Of a DNA stretch of 64,000 nucleotides, positions 17,211 through 26,557 are shown piece after piece. The stretch's first letter is position 1, and the number at the start of each line of letters is the position of its first letter. Origin of the DNA: a virus. The stretch covers positions 5,252-69,251 of IMG/VR virus record IMGVR_UViG_3300025929_000016; one strand, given 5' to 3'. The position numbers and the translations under genes are program-made. Under the pieces are notes generated by a model. The model was given only the letters and a program-made list of their open reading frames with translations. It did no database searches and was not told the DNA's origin.

Positions 17211-18713
17211 TCATATCCATTCCTTGAAGTCGGTCATGTAGTCAGCAAGGTCCCCTTTATTCCTGAGAGCGGTAATGATCTTGGCGTCCACTGTGTTCTC
17301 AGCTTCAAGGTCGACGTAGTTGACATTTCTTTTCTGCCCAATACGATGTGCACGGTCTTCAGACTGTTTCCGATCTTCGTATGAAAAAGTATTGGAATAG
17401 TAGATAACAGTGGATGCGCAAGTAAGGTTAAGACCAATTCCTCCAGTAGCAACGTTTCCGATGAAAAATTTACGAGTACCACTTGTAAATTCGCGTAAGG
17501 CTTGCTCTCGTTCAGCAGTTGACTTTCCACCATAATAGCTAACACAATCCTCTCCAAGAATTGCCTCGATCTGCTTGATCTCCTCGACGAAGCGACACCA
17601 TATAATACATTGTCCATCGATATCCTCCACTGTATCAAGCAGCGCCTTAATGCGCGGATTGTCCTTCGGGTTGTCGTACAACTGCACCATACCGCCGTCA
17701 TCGGTCGGCAGATAACCATTTGCCAACTGTTGTAGACGCATGATTAGCGTCATCTTGTGCATGACAGTCAACGTTTCGTCGTTCAGTTCGGTCTTCATCT
17801 TAGTCCGAAGCTGTTCGTACATTTTCCATTGCTTAGGTTCAAGCTGGAAGTAACGCTTCTGGTAGATCTTCTCAGGCAGCGTCAGACATTCTTCCTTCGT
17901 TACCCGCATGCTGTACGGTGCAATGATCGCCTTGAGTTTATCCAGATTTTTGTAGACCGCTTTCCCGTTAGCGTCAGTCTTGACAAGCATCGGTGCGAAC
18001 TTGCTGCCGGTCTTGCGCATGATGCCTTGCACCTTCGGATCATTCTTGTCCAGGATTTCTGCATACTCAGCTTTGAAAGCATAATAGCTCTGGCCGAAGA
18101 TAGAAGGGTCAAGGAACATGAATTGTGCGTAGTAGTCGAACGGACTGTTGGAGATTGGCGTACCAGTCAGGATGCGCCGATACTTCGCCAGTTCGCCTAG
18201 CTTGCATAGGTTCTTCGTGCGGATAGCATCAGGATTCTTTATGCGACTGGATTCGTCAACCACCATCATACAGTCAGTGGCCCGCAGGAACTTCTTGGCG
18301 AACTCTAGACCTGACTTGTGGCTGAAACCTTCTACGTTCATGCAGCAGACTCGCAGTGCGCTGCCCGGTTTCAACAAGTCTTCGCATTCTTGCATGGCCT
18401 TCTTGTTACCGGCTTCCCACACTGCCCCTTTCATTTCTGCCCAATCAGGCCAGGAGAAAGGGAAGTCTTCACGCAGCCACTTCGCATGGACACCGTTCGG
18501 CGCAACAAGTAGCAATGAATCAATCCTGCCCAACGAGTGCAGTTTGGCGGCATTGTCAACAATCACCTTGGATTTGCCTGCACCCATTTCAAACAGGATG
18601 GCAAACACTTCCATTGACCAACTGCGCTTCAAACACGCTAGTTGATGGTCATACGGCGGGCTTTTGAAAATATAGGGCTGTTGGGCCGCAACGGCGGCGG
18701 TAGTTTGGGGCAT
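17211..18713 (-). CDS. SNF2-family (SF2) helicase
   Basis: EMGAGKS, VVDESSRIKN, LTGTP, GGIGLNLT, QSEDRAHRIGQ. Confidence 0.93.
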   Translation of the reverse strand: MPQTTAAVAAQQPYIFKSPPYDHQLACLKRSWSMEVFAILFEMGAGKSKVIVDNAAKLHSLGRIDSLLLVAPNGVHAKWLREDFPFSWPDWAEMKGAVWEAGNKKAMQECEDLLKPGSALRVCCMNVEGFSHKSGLEFAKKFLRATDCMMVVDESSRIKNPDAIRTKNLCKLGELAKYRRILTGTPISNSPFDYYAQFMFLDPSIFGQSYYAFKAEYAEILDKNDPKVQGIMRKTGSKFAPMLVKTDANGKAVYKNLDKLKAIIAPYSMRVTKEECLTLPEKIYQKRYFQLEPKQWKMYEQLRTKMKTELNDETLTVMHKMTLIMRLQQLANGYLPTDDGGMVQLYDNPKDNPRIKALLDTVEDIDGQCIIWCRFVEEIKQIEAILGEDCVSYYGGKSTAEREQALREFTSGTRKFFIGNVATGGIGLNLTCASTVIYYSNTFSYEDRKQSEDRAHRIGQKRNVNYVDLEAENTVDAKIITALRNKGDLADYMTDFKEWI

Positions 18714-18814
18714 TTGGGTACCTTTAAAATGGTTTTGGGCTTGCAGGGCAGGCCCGCCACGGCGTTTAAACAAGGTGGTTGGTATGCTGGTACCAACCGG
18801 GTAAATTAAAAAGC

Positions 18815-19018
18815 TCAGCGACCTGCATCGTCCAGCATTTTCAACACTTCTGGAAGCAATTTTGTGTCCCGCAAGTCATCGTAGAGATTGAGACACATAA
18901 CAATATGGTTCGCGGCCATCACGTTGGTGAAAGCATTACCTATTGCCGCTCTTGTCAGCGTGTTGCGAATGAAATACGAAGGACGTTTTCCGTCCTTTAC
19001 ATCCACATAGTAGCTCAT
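18815..19018 (-). CDS. hypothetical protein, first gene of the leftward replication operon
   Basis: 67-aa ORF preceded by an AACTATACAGGATATATC leader. Confidence 0.6.
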   Translation of the reverse strand: MSYYVDVKDGKRPSYFIRNTLTRAAIGNAFTNVMAANHIVMCLNLYDDLRDTKLLPEVLKMLDDAGR

Positions 19019-19264
19019 GGTTAGATATATCCTGTATAGTTATGTTGCGGTGCCAACAGTACGGCAAAACGGCTGTTGTAACAAGTGCCGTTATTTTAGG
19101 CCAAACGCTTTACAAATGCTAAAAGTTGTGGTATCGCGCGTCACGTGCGCGCACAGACAAGGCACTAAAAAATTTTTTAACGGGCATAGGTTTTTACACC
19201 TGCTATATGCGCCATTTTTGCGCTAACCCATTGTTTATATTGGCAAAGGGAAGTGTACACATCT

Positions 19265-19435
19265 AGGTAACACCCTGTTGCATCTGTTAGCACCTACCTA
19301 CCAAAACACGGTGTTTCGTTGCCGCAAAGCAAAAGAACTGCCTAAAATTTAGGCAGTTCCCGTGCATTATTGCTGAGCGTAGTGTTACACCTGTGTGCGT
19401 ACCTGTAACAAAACTGCCTAAATTTTAAGCAGCAT
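19265..19435. promoter_or_regulatory. non-coding control element with 12-bp inverted repeat; partial copy at 56565-56720
   Basis: GAACTGCCTAAA-A-TTTAGGCAGTTC at 19335-19359, plus blocks shared with the 56.6-kb region. Confidence 0.55.
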
Positions 19436-19492
19436 TCACCAAATATTTATTTTGAGCATATTCAAACTACTCAAAATGGAGTTTCCAAGTGG

Positions 19493-21655
19493 TTACTTTT
19501 TGAGCTGGCGGTAGCGTTCCAAGGCACCACCTTCGTCTTGCCTACTTGCTAAGTTTCCGGCTTCGTAGGGCACTTGGCGACCAACTGCCTTCACACCTGA
19601 CTTGACAGCTCGCATCGCCTGTGACAGCGGTCCATTGTTGCGCCGTGCGAAGTCCGCTGCGAATGTCTCAGCCTCCGGTAAATTCATCATGCCCAGACGC
19701 GCCAGTTGCTCACCGTACTGTGGAGCCATACGATCGGCTTGTCCAGATATGAATCGTGCAGCATTGGCCGCGCCAGCCACGGTACGACCAGCAGCGAAGT
19801 TCGCCAGTGCAGCAGGCAATGAAGCCTCACCACCGCTTTCCAGGTAGTCAGCTTGTTGAACCTTCGGCGCAAGAATCTTGGTCGTATCCTGCATACGTTG
19901 TTCAGCAGCCATCTGCTTGGGGAACAGCATCCGCGCACTGTTGTCAGGATACACCTGATCCAGCTTGTCGCGAATGTTCTTGTTGCCGAAGACGGTCTTC
20001 AGGATAGCTTTGCCGTCAGCCGTGGAGCCGGTTTTGTCGGTCAGGATACTGGAGATACCGGCCCGGTAAGCATCGCGTTCAGCATCTGACTTCAGCTTAC
20101 CGAATTCAATTGCTACATCTTCCGGCCGGGTTTTGATGATGTTGCCGCCTTTACGGAGTGCATCCAGCACCGAGCTATCGTCAGCGAACACTTTCCGGGC
20201 TTGCGCGTAGGAACCATTGCTGCCACCGGTCAGGTTTTCGATTTGTCCAGTCAGGTCTTCCATCGCCTTGTTGATCCGACTGATGTTGTATTTCTCGCCG
20301 CCGATCTTGCCCCAACCGACGTACTTACCAGCGTCGTCATTCCACATGGATTGCTTAACATCAGAAAGATGCTTGCGCATTTCATGCAGGTCAGCGATAC
20401 TTGGCGTTTCAACAATCTTAAATTCTTGCGTCTTTGGGTCGACGACCATGCGGCCAGTGAACGGCTCGCCTGCACCACGAGCAGCACCTTCTACATCCTT
20501 GAACAGGCTCTTCTTGAGCGGTGTATCAAAGAACGGCAGGATCTGGTCAGGATGCGGCGTACCTACGGCAAAGGCTTGATCATACAGCGGCTTTGATGCT
20601 TGGGCGCGTTCAGTGATAATACGCTCGGCTTCTGCGCTGGCACCAGTACGCGGGCTGATGTTAGTGGCGATGTCATTCGCAAGCCGATCAGGAGTCTCTA
20701 CGGCACGTTGACCCAAGCGACCTTGGATAATCTCCGCCGCACCGGGTTCTTTACCGGCCTTCTTCAGCATACCAAGAGCCTTAGCTGGTAGAGCATCAGC
20801 CAGAACAACAGGCTTGGCCGCGACTTCCATTGGAGGCCCGACAAAGTTATCCGCCTGCGGTGCCCATGCACCTTTGTTGGACATATCCTTCATCTTGGCA
20901 ACAACGCTCTCGATGCTGTGTCCTTCGCCCAACAGTGTTTCCACCATCTTGCGTTCGGCCCACTTGTTCGGGTCAGTCAGGCCCATAGCCATGAGCGCTT
21001 TCTGCACCATCGGCGTAGCCAGATTGATAGCAGCACCGCCAAGTTTCCCCACACCTTGCAGACCAAGTGTCACACCCGCGCCCATGATAGCGCCGTCCTT
21101 GGCACCCTCCAGGGTTTCGCCGGGCTTGGCACTGCCAGCGCCGCCAGCCGCGCCAAAGGCACCGGCAAGGCCGAGGTTGCCCAATTGACCTACAACCTTG
21201 TTGAGTACGCCGCTGCCCGCTGCATATTCAGCAACAGCAGGAGCTACTTTTGAAAGAGCGCCTTTAGCGAGGCTCGTAACGCCCGCGCCAGTGACAGCAC
21301 CTGGGAGGCCTTCTGTAATGTAGTGTAGAGACGGGTTTTTGTCATTGAAATCTTGGCGTTCTGCCAATACCTTGTTAAGATTGTCATCATATGACTTCCC
21401 TCCTGTAACAGTGTTGAATACTGCTCGCGCACGGTCGCCGAGGCCGAACAATGCACCGTTGAACACGGACTTATCGATACCCGCAGTGTCAACAGGTTTG
21501 CCGTCGTCGCCAACGAATGGCTTCATCTTGGCGTTTGGCGATTCTTCGAAGACAGGCATCTTAAAGCCCTCAGGCGCGGCCACGGGAGCACTAGCTTCCT
21601 TTGGTGTAGCCGCTGCCGGAGCATCGTCAAACGTCGGCATCTTGAAGTCAGCCAT
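19493..21655 (-). CDS. internal virion / DNA ejection protein
   Basis: ~720 aa, Ala/Gly-rich and helical; last gene of the structural operon. Confidence 0.6.
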   Translation of the reverse strand: MADFKMPTFDDAPAAATPKEASAPVAAPEGFKMPVFEESPNAKMKPFVGDDGKPVDTAGIDKSVFNGALFGLGDRARAVFNTVTGGKSYDDNLNKVLAERQDFNDKNPSLHYITEGLPGAVTGAGVTSLAKGALSKVAPAVAEYAAGSGVLNKVVGQLGNLGLAGAFGAAGGAGSAKPGETLEGAKDGAIMGAGVTLGLQGVGKLGGAAINLATPMVQKALMAMGLTDPNKWAERKMVETLLGEGHSIESVVAKMKDMSNKGAWAPQADNFVGPPMEVAAKPVVLADALPAKALGMLKKAGKEPGAAEIIQGRLGQRAVETPDRLANDIATNISPRTGASAEAERIITERAQASKPLYDQAFAVGTPHPDQILPFFDTPLKKSLFKDVEGAARGAGEPFTGRMVVDPKTQEFKIVETPSIADLHEMRKHLSDVKQSMWNDDAGKYVGWGKIGGEKYNISRINKAMEDLTGQIENLTGGSNGSYAQARKVFADDSSVLDALRKGGNIIKTRPEDVAIEFGKLKSDAERDAYRAGISSILTDKTGSTADGKAILKTVFGNKNIRDKLDQVYPDNSARMLFPKQMAAEQRMQDTTKILAPKVQQADYLESGGEASLPAALANFAAGRTVAGAANAARFISGQADRMAPQYGEQLARLGMMNLPEAETFAADFARRNNGPLSQAMRAVKSGVKAVGRQVPYEAGNLASRQDEGGALERYRQLKK

Positions 21656-23640
21656 TATTTCTTCCCTTTCGGTTGGGAGATTTGCAACCATGCTTGAGCG
21701 GCAGCTTTCTCGGCTTCTTTCGGATCCATGTCAGCGTTCTGCGCAACAGCCTGCTTGATAAATTCGTTGCGGAACACTGGACGGTTCTGGTACGATGCTA
21801 CCGAAGGTCCAAGTGTTTGTTCGCTATAGGCGAGCCATTCCTTGCGGATGTCCTTCTTGGTAACGTCGCCTTGAAGTTCCATTTGCTTGACGAACGAGCT
21901 ACGCTCAATCTTGCGCTTGGCACTTTCTTCCATCTGGTTAAGCGAGAACTGCCAGGACTTAGCCGGGTCGGTGATCTTGGCACCCTCTTCAGCTTGCCGC
22001 GCAACGTCGCTGTCAGTCTGCACACCTACCTCAGCCTTGACCTTGGCATTGACTTCTTGAGCAAGGATCTTAGAAGCGTTAGTGATGTTACCAGCTTCCG
22101 TCACCAGCGAACCCTTGATGCCGATTGCTTCCAGCACGTTACCGATGGTCTTTTTCTGGTTGGCAAAGGCACCGGAGTTAAACGGCACCGACCGCAGTTG
22201 GTTGACTGTGGACAGCGTAGATTCAGCCGCTGCCGCAGGACGATGGTAGAACTCATCGTTGTACTTAGTGACTGTTGTCGCTTGCGCATCAGCGGTCTTG
22301 TTCTCCCTGATGTTATCCGCTTGCGACTTCATAGCTACACCCGGCATTGCCGCTGAAGGTGCAGCCGGTGCCGGAGCAGCAGTGGCCGCTGGCGCAGGAC
22401 GGTGTCCCACATTACCGATATCAGCTTTCATTGCTGCCAGATTTGCCGCCGTAGCTGCATCCAGCCGCTGTTGGGCCTTCATCTTGTCTTGCGTCGATGC
22501 GGCAGGATCAGCCAGAATTGCCTTCTGTTGTTCCATGATTGCCACATTTTCCTTGACCATATCGCTGACCGCAGGGATACCCGGCAGTGACGGAGGATCA
22601 CCATCTTTAGGATTGCCGAGAGCAGCAATGCCCGATGCCATACGGCGCTCACCAGCGTTGGTCGGGCCGACAGGCTGTCCATTGTACTTGACCGGTGGCT
22701 GACCGGCTGGCGCACCAGCGGGGGCACCACCAGGAGGCGGCGAGCTGAATATGCCTTGGAAATCAGGCTTCATTTGCGGATCAACAAGTCCCATCAGCGA
22801 TTGCTGCGTGATCTCGTTGGTGCGCTCACGAATCCAAGCATTCTTCTTAGCCAAGCTCGGCTTGCCGTCCTCACCCAAGAAGTCCATAGGATTCTTCTCG
22901 CTCTCAGCTTCCTTGCTGGCGCGTTCGAATGCCTTTTGTGTCATTTGTGCAATCTGTGGGCCTTTGACAACAACTTCAGGCTTGGACTTACCAGTTTCAG
23001 GATCGATTGCCCATGTGTCCACAAGGCCGACGCCTGCAACAGTTTTCCAGCGCGTACCCATGCCGCCTGCGCCGCCTTTGGCGTTGATCGCATTGATGCG
23101 GCTTTGAGCATTTGCCATGGAAGTCAGGTCTTCCAGCGACTTGCCTTCAACCTTGTCGTCAATCTTTTCTTCGTTGTTCTCGAAGTCCAGGCCGAGCTTG
23201 CCGTTATCCACACCAGCTTTGTATTTCTTGCCCTGCTTGAGCAGGTCGGCTTCCATGGCCGCAGCAATGCCGCCGCGCACACCGTTGGTCACGTCCCAAG
23301 GCTTGTCGTTCTTCGCCATGCCGTAGGCGATGTAACGGTCGGGCGTCCAGTCGCTATCCGGCGCAAGGTTGGCTTGCTGCAAGGCAGACAGGGCACCACG
23401 CCGATTTTCCTTGGATGCAGCCAGATCTTCCGGGCTACGCACACGGCTGAACAAGGTGTCCTTGACTTCGTCGATGCTGTCTTGATCCATCATCGGTTGG
23501 GAAGCACGATACAGCGCACCTTGCAAGGCGCCGATGTTTCCATTGGCCGCAGTCATCGGCCCGCCACCGGGCAAGGCACCGTATGGGTTCGGTGTCGCCG
23601 GAGCGGCTATGTACTCGTTTGCTGAGGTGATGTCGGCCAT
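21655..23640 (-). CDS. internal virion / DNA ejection protein
   Basis: 661 aa Ala/Lys/Gln-rich; GVQTDSD motif reminiscent of podovirus ejection proteins. Confidence 0.6.
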   Translation of the reverse strand: MADITSANEYIAAPATPNPYGALPGGGPMTAANGNIGALQGALYRASQPMMDQDSIDEVKDTLFSRVRSPEDLAASKENRRGALSALQQANLAPDSDWTPDRYIAYGMAKNDKPWDVTNGVRGGIAAAMEADLLKQGKKYKAGVDNGKLGLDFENNEEKIDDKVEGKSLEDLTSMANAQSRINAINAKGGAGGMGTRWKTVAGVGLVDTWAIDPETGKSKPEVVVKGPQIAQMTQKAFERASKEAESEKNPMDFLGEDGKPSLAKKNAWIRERTNEITQQSLMGLVDPQMKPDFQGIFSSPPPGGAPAGAPAGQPPVKYNGQPVGPTNAGERRMASGIAALGNPKDGDPPSLPGIPAVSDMVKENVAIMEQQKAILADPAASTQDKMKAQQRLDAATAANLAAMKADIGNVGHRPAPAATAAPAPAAPSAAMPGVAMKSQADNIRENKTADAQATTVTKYNDEFYHRPAAAAESTLSTVNQLRSVPFNSGAFANQKKTIGNVLEAIGIKGSLVTEAGNITNASKILAQEVNAKVKAEVGVQTDSDVARQAEEGAKITDPAKSWQFSLNQMEESAKRKIERSSFVKQMELQGDVTKKDIRKEWLAYSEQTLGPSVASYQNRPVFRNEFIKQAVAQNADMDPKEAEKAAAQAWLQISQPKGKK

Positions 23641-23642
23641 AT

Positions 23643-24779
23643 TTATTTCGCGTTGATGAGGTTGACGAGGTCAGACCAGTTCTGCAACGAGTCCGTAGTC
23701 GGTGCTTGTGTGACAGACGTAGCCTGCGTGTTTGGCGTGATGCGACCAGACACATTCGGCAGGATCTGCGACAGACCACCAAGAGCAGCCAGCGGATAGT
23801 CACGTTGATCCAGGAAGTCCTGGTACTGTGCATCCAGCGCCTTCTGGTTAGTGTTCTGGTTCAGACCACCGACGGTGAGCAGTGAATTCGCATCATTGAT
23901 ACCGAGTGCTTGGCCGGTCGTTGCCAGACCCCCGAGCGTAGTTCCAACCCCGGCCTGTGCTTGGCCGTTAGCTGTAAGAGCCTGACCAATCTGAGATTGG
24001 ATCTGCGCCTGATTGCCGTAGCCCTGCGCAACGTTGGTCGCAGCCGAGCTGAGCGCGCCAATGCCTTGACCTGAAGCAAGTTGCCGTTGTTTTTCCGCAG
24101 CATATTGACTGTTCGCTTCCGTTTGTGCATTCATCAGTGCCGTGGCTTGCGCACCGCTGACAGCATCTTGGTTATCGCGCATGGCGCGGAGGGTGAAGTC
24201 GCCGTTACGAGTCGAGCCAAACTGACCAGCGCCAGTGAAGGTACTGTTGATGCCCGGCAGAACATTCTCGGTCAGATTGCGATTGCCGAGGACGCCAATA
24301 CGATCCACTACGTTGTTCACGTAGGGATTCATGTAAGCCTGAGCTTCGCTGGCGTTGTAGGTCTGACCACCAGCCGACAGGTTCTGCAGAGCAGGGTTCA
24401 GATACGAGGTTGCCTGCGCCAGCGGATTGTTCATCCCTGCCAGCGGAGTCTGTGCGCCGGAAGTTACTCCTGCACCTGCCTGCATCTGTTGGAGACCGCC
24501 TTGTGCAGCGCCAACACCCGCTTGCAGCGTGGGCATGAACTGCCCCTGTTGGTTCTGCACCTGTTGCGTTGCCTGAGCCTGTGAAGGATCAAGTCCGGCG
24601 ACCCGCTGTAGGGGATTACCGGCTGCATCAACAGCGCCCTTATACCCATTGACACCCGGCAGCATATTGAGACCGGCACCTGTGAGCGCTTGACCATATT
24701 GTTCATACCAGTCCGGGAGCGAGTTCAGTTGCGCGCTGGAAGTTGTTCCAGGAGTCAGCGCAGTGGTTGCAGTTGCCAT
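23643..24779 (-). CDS. DNA transfer/pilot protein
   Basis: Gln/Gly/Ala-rich; YMNPY, GAGQFGSTR, LDAQYQDF...YP pattern. Confidence 0.65.
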   Translation of the reverse strand: MATATTALTPGTTSSAQLNSLPDWYEQYGQALTGAGLNMLPGVNGYKGAVDAAGNPLQRVAGLDPSQAQATQQVQNQQGQFMPTLQAGVGAAQGGLQQMQAGAGVTSGAQTPLAGMNNPLAQATSYLNPALQNLSAGGQTYNASEAQAYMNPYVNNVVDRIGVLGNRNLTENVLPGINSTFTGAGQFGSTRNGDFTLRAMRDNQDAVSGAQATALMNAQTEANSQYAAEKQRQLASGQGIGALSSAATNVAQGYGNQAQIQSQIGQALTANGQAQAGVGTTLGGLATTGQALGINDANSLLTVGGLNQNTNQKALDAQYQDFLDQRDYPLAALGGLSQILPNVSGRITPNTQATSVTQAPTTDSLQNWSDLVNLINAK

Positions 24780-24780
24780 G

Positions 24781-25395
24781 TTATACCTTTCGGATTGCGG
24801 TCAGTGCGCCCGTAGGAGCAACAAAGGATGCAGCAGGCCGCGCAGCGATAGGCGCACGTGCTTGAATTGTGTTCGCCGCCTTGTAGGGGCTGGCCTTGCC
24901 TTGGTCAAACAACGCCTGGACTTTGCCCATGTCGCTAGGCGCATGCCCGGTAGCATTGCGAACCAGACCGAGCGCACCAATCAGCTTGACGACAGAAGAT
25001 AGCGGGTCATTCTTGTTGATCAGCTTGTCGCCAACCTTGCCGAGCATATCGCTCCAATCGCCACCAGAACCTCCTAAGGCTCCAGAAGAACTGGGAGAGT
25101 AACCAAGGGCATCGCCCATCCCAGAGCCAACATTTGAGTTCGTATTGAAAATGTCACCCATGCTTGTAGCATCGAGACCGAACATTCCAGAACCAGCATC
25201 TCCATAGGAGCCTCCTGCGTTGTTGCCGAAATAGGAAGCAGCGTCATTCGTGGCACCCGTACGGAAGCCAGTCATGTCTACGTTACCAGTGGAAGATACA
25301 GCGTCGCCGGTGGAGGCCATATCAGGAGCTGCGGAGGCCGCATCAGCGACGTTAGATTCATCCCAGCTATTAAGAGCATCAAGCCAATCGAACAT
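24781..25395 (-). CDS. Gly/Ser-rich putative virion (ejection) protein
   Basis: 204-aa ORF with GAGGA RBS in the ejection cluster. Confidence 0.55.
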   Translation of the reverse strand: MFDWLDALNSWDESNVADAASAAPDMASTGDAVSSTGNVDMTGFRTGATNDAASYFGNNAGGSYGDAGSGMFGLDATSMGDIFNTNSNVGSGMGDALGYSPSSSGALGGSGGDWSDMLGKVGDKLINKNDPLSSVVKLIGALGLVRNATGHAPSDMGKVQALFDQGKASPYKAANTIQARAPIAARPAASFVAPTGALTAIRKV

Positions 25396-25443
25396 TTCAG
25401 TCCTCGTTAAAGTTGTTAGGGAACAGTCTGTTGTTCAACAGGC

Positions 25444-26556
25444 TTAGAGGCTAGACAGAGCGCCTAGCTTAGACCTGTTAATCATAGCACTGTCCTTGCC
25501 CTGCGGCAAGTTATTATTGGTCTGTTGTGGTACTGGCATTTGAGGATTCAGCATTGGGATTTGCCCAATCTCACTTGTCATATCCGTATATTCGGCCTCG
25601 CCGGGCGCTCGGGTTTTTACACCGGCTGCCGCAGCCAGAGCTTGCGCTAAACCGCCAGTACCCAACGTACCACCATAGCTTGCAAAACCGCCTGACGGCC
25701 CGCCTGCGGCCCCGGCACCGCCTTGCTGCGGCGGGTTTAAGGCGTTAAGCAGGTTGTTTGCCGTGCTGCCGTATTTGTAGACCTGTTGTGCTGTTTTGAA
25801 AGCGTCGCCCAAAGACATTCCACCAGCGGCACCACCAAGCATGTCACTAGCTCCGCCGGCTAGACCAGCCCATCCACCGCCAGCGCCAGCCCAGACGCCA
25901 CCGTCAGCAGCGATGCCAGAACCGATACCACTGCCCAAGCCTACACCGGTATCAGCCGTCGTACCGAACAGACCGGCCATGCTACCAGGATCCGTACCGT
26001 ATAACCCAGAACCAAGTTCCGTGCCGCCAGCTTGTGACCATGCAGGAGCCGAGTTACCATAGGTGAATGTTGGAGCAGCTTCAGCACCCTGACCGGCAGA
26101 GCCAGCCGCCGCGCCAGCTTCACCGCCGCCCATAGCGCCGCCAATGGCGGCACCGCCAGCATAGGCAGTGATAGCAGCCACGGCCAGAGGCATGACGGTA
26201 TCCATGAACTTGTCCATGCCCGTATCACGGTTGTCGATCTCGACTTGCCCTTGATACACGCCCGTACCATCTTGATTGCCGGTACCGTTGTCGTGGATAA
26301 CGTTGACGTTCTGCAATGCGCCCGGTTGCCACGCACCACCTTCAGGCAGCATGAACTGGTTGCCGGAGGCATCCCAAGTCCAGTTGCCTTCTTGACCGGG
26401 CAGCTTGAAGGTCACATCGTTGAAGTACGTGTCAGGACGGATCGGACCCCATCCAGCGTCGCCGCCAGCATTGTTCGCATTTTGCAAGGCTTGCTGATAC
26501 CAGTCATCATAAGATTGGCTGGCCTGCGCACCGTTTTGAAATTGTTCCCAATCCAT
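25444..26556 (-). CDS. Gly-rich putative virion (ejection) protein
   Basis: Start MDWEQF after AGGAG; hydrophobic segment followed by a long Gly-rich tract. Confidence 0.55.
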   Translation of the reverse strand: MDWEQFQNGAQASQSYDDWYQQALQNANNAGGDAGWGPIRPDTYFNDVTFKLPGQEGNWTWDASGNQFMLPEGGAWQPGALQNVNVIHDNGTGNQDGTGVYQGQVEIDNRDTGMDKFMDTVMPLAVAAITAYAGGAAIGGAMGGGEAGAAAGSAGQGAEAAPTFTYGNSAPAWSQAGGTELGSGLYGTDPGSMAGLFGTTADTGVGLGSGIGSGIAADGGVWAGAGGGWAGLAGGASDMLGGAAGGMSLGDAFKTAQQVYKYGSTANNLLNALNPPQQGGAGAAGGPSGGFASYGGTLGTGGLAQALAAAAGVKTRAPGEAEYTDMTSEIGQIPMLNPQMPVPQQTNNNLPQGKDSAMINRSKLGALSSL

Positions 26557-26557
26557 G

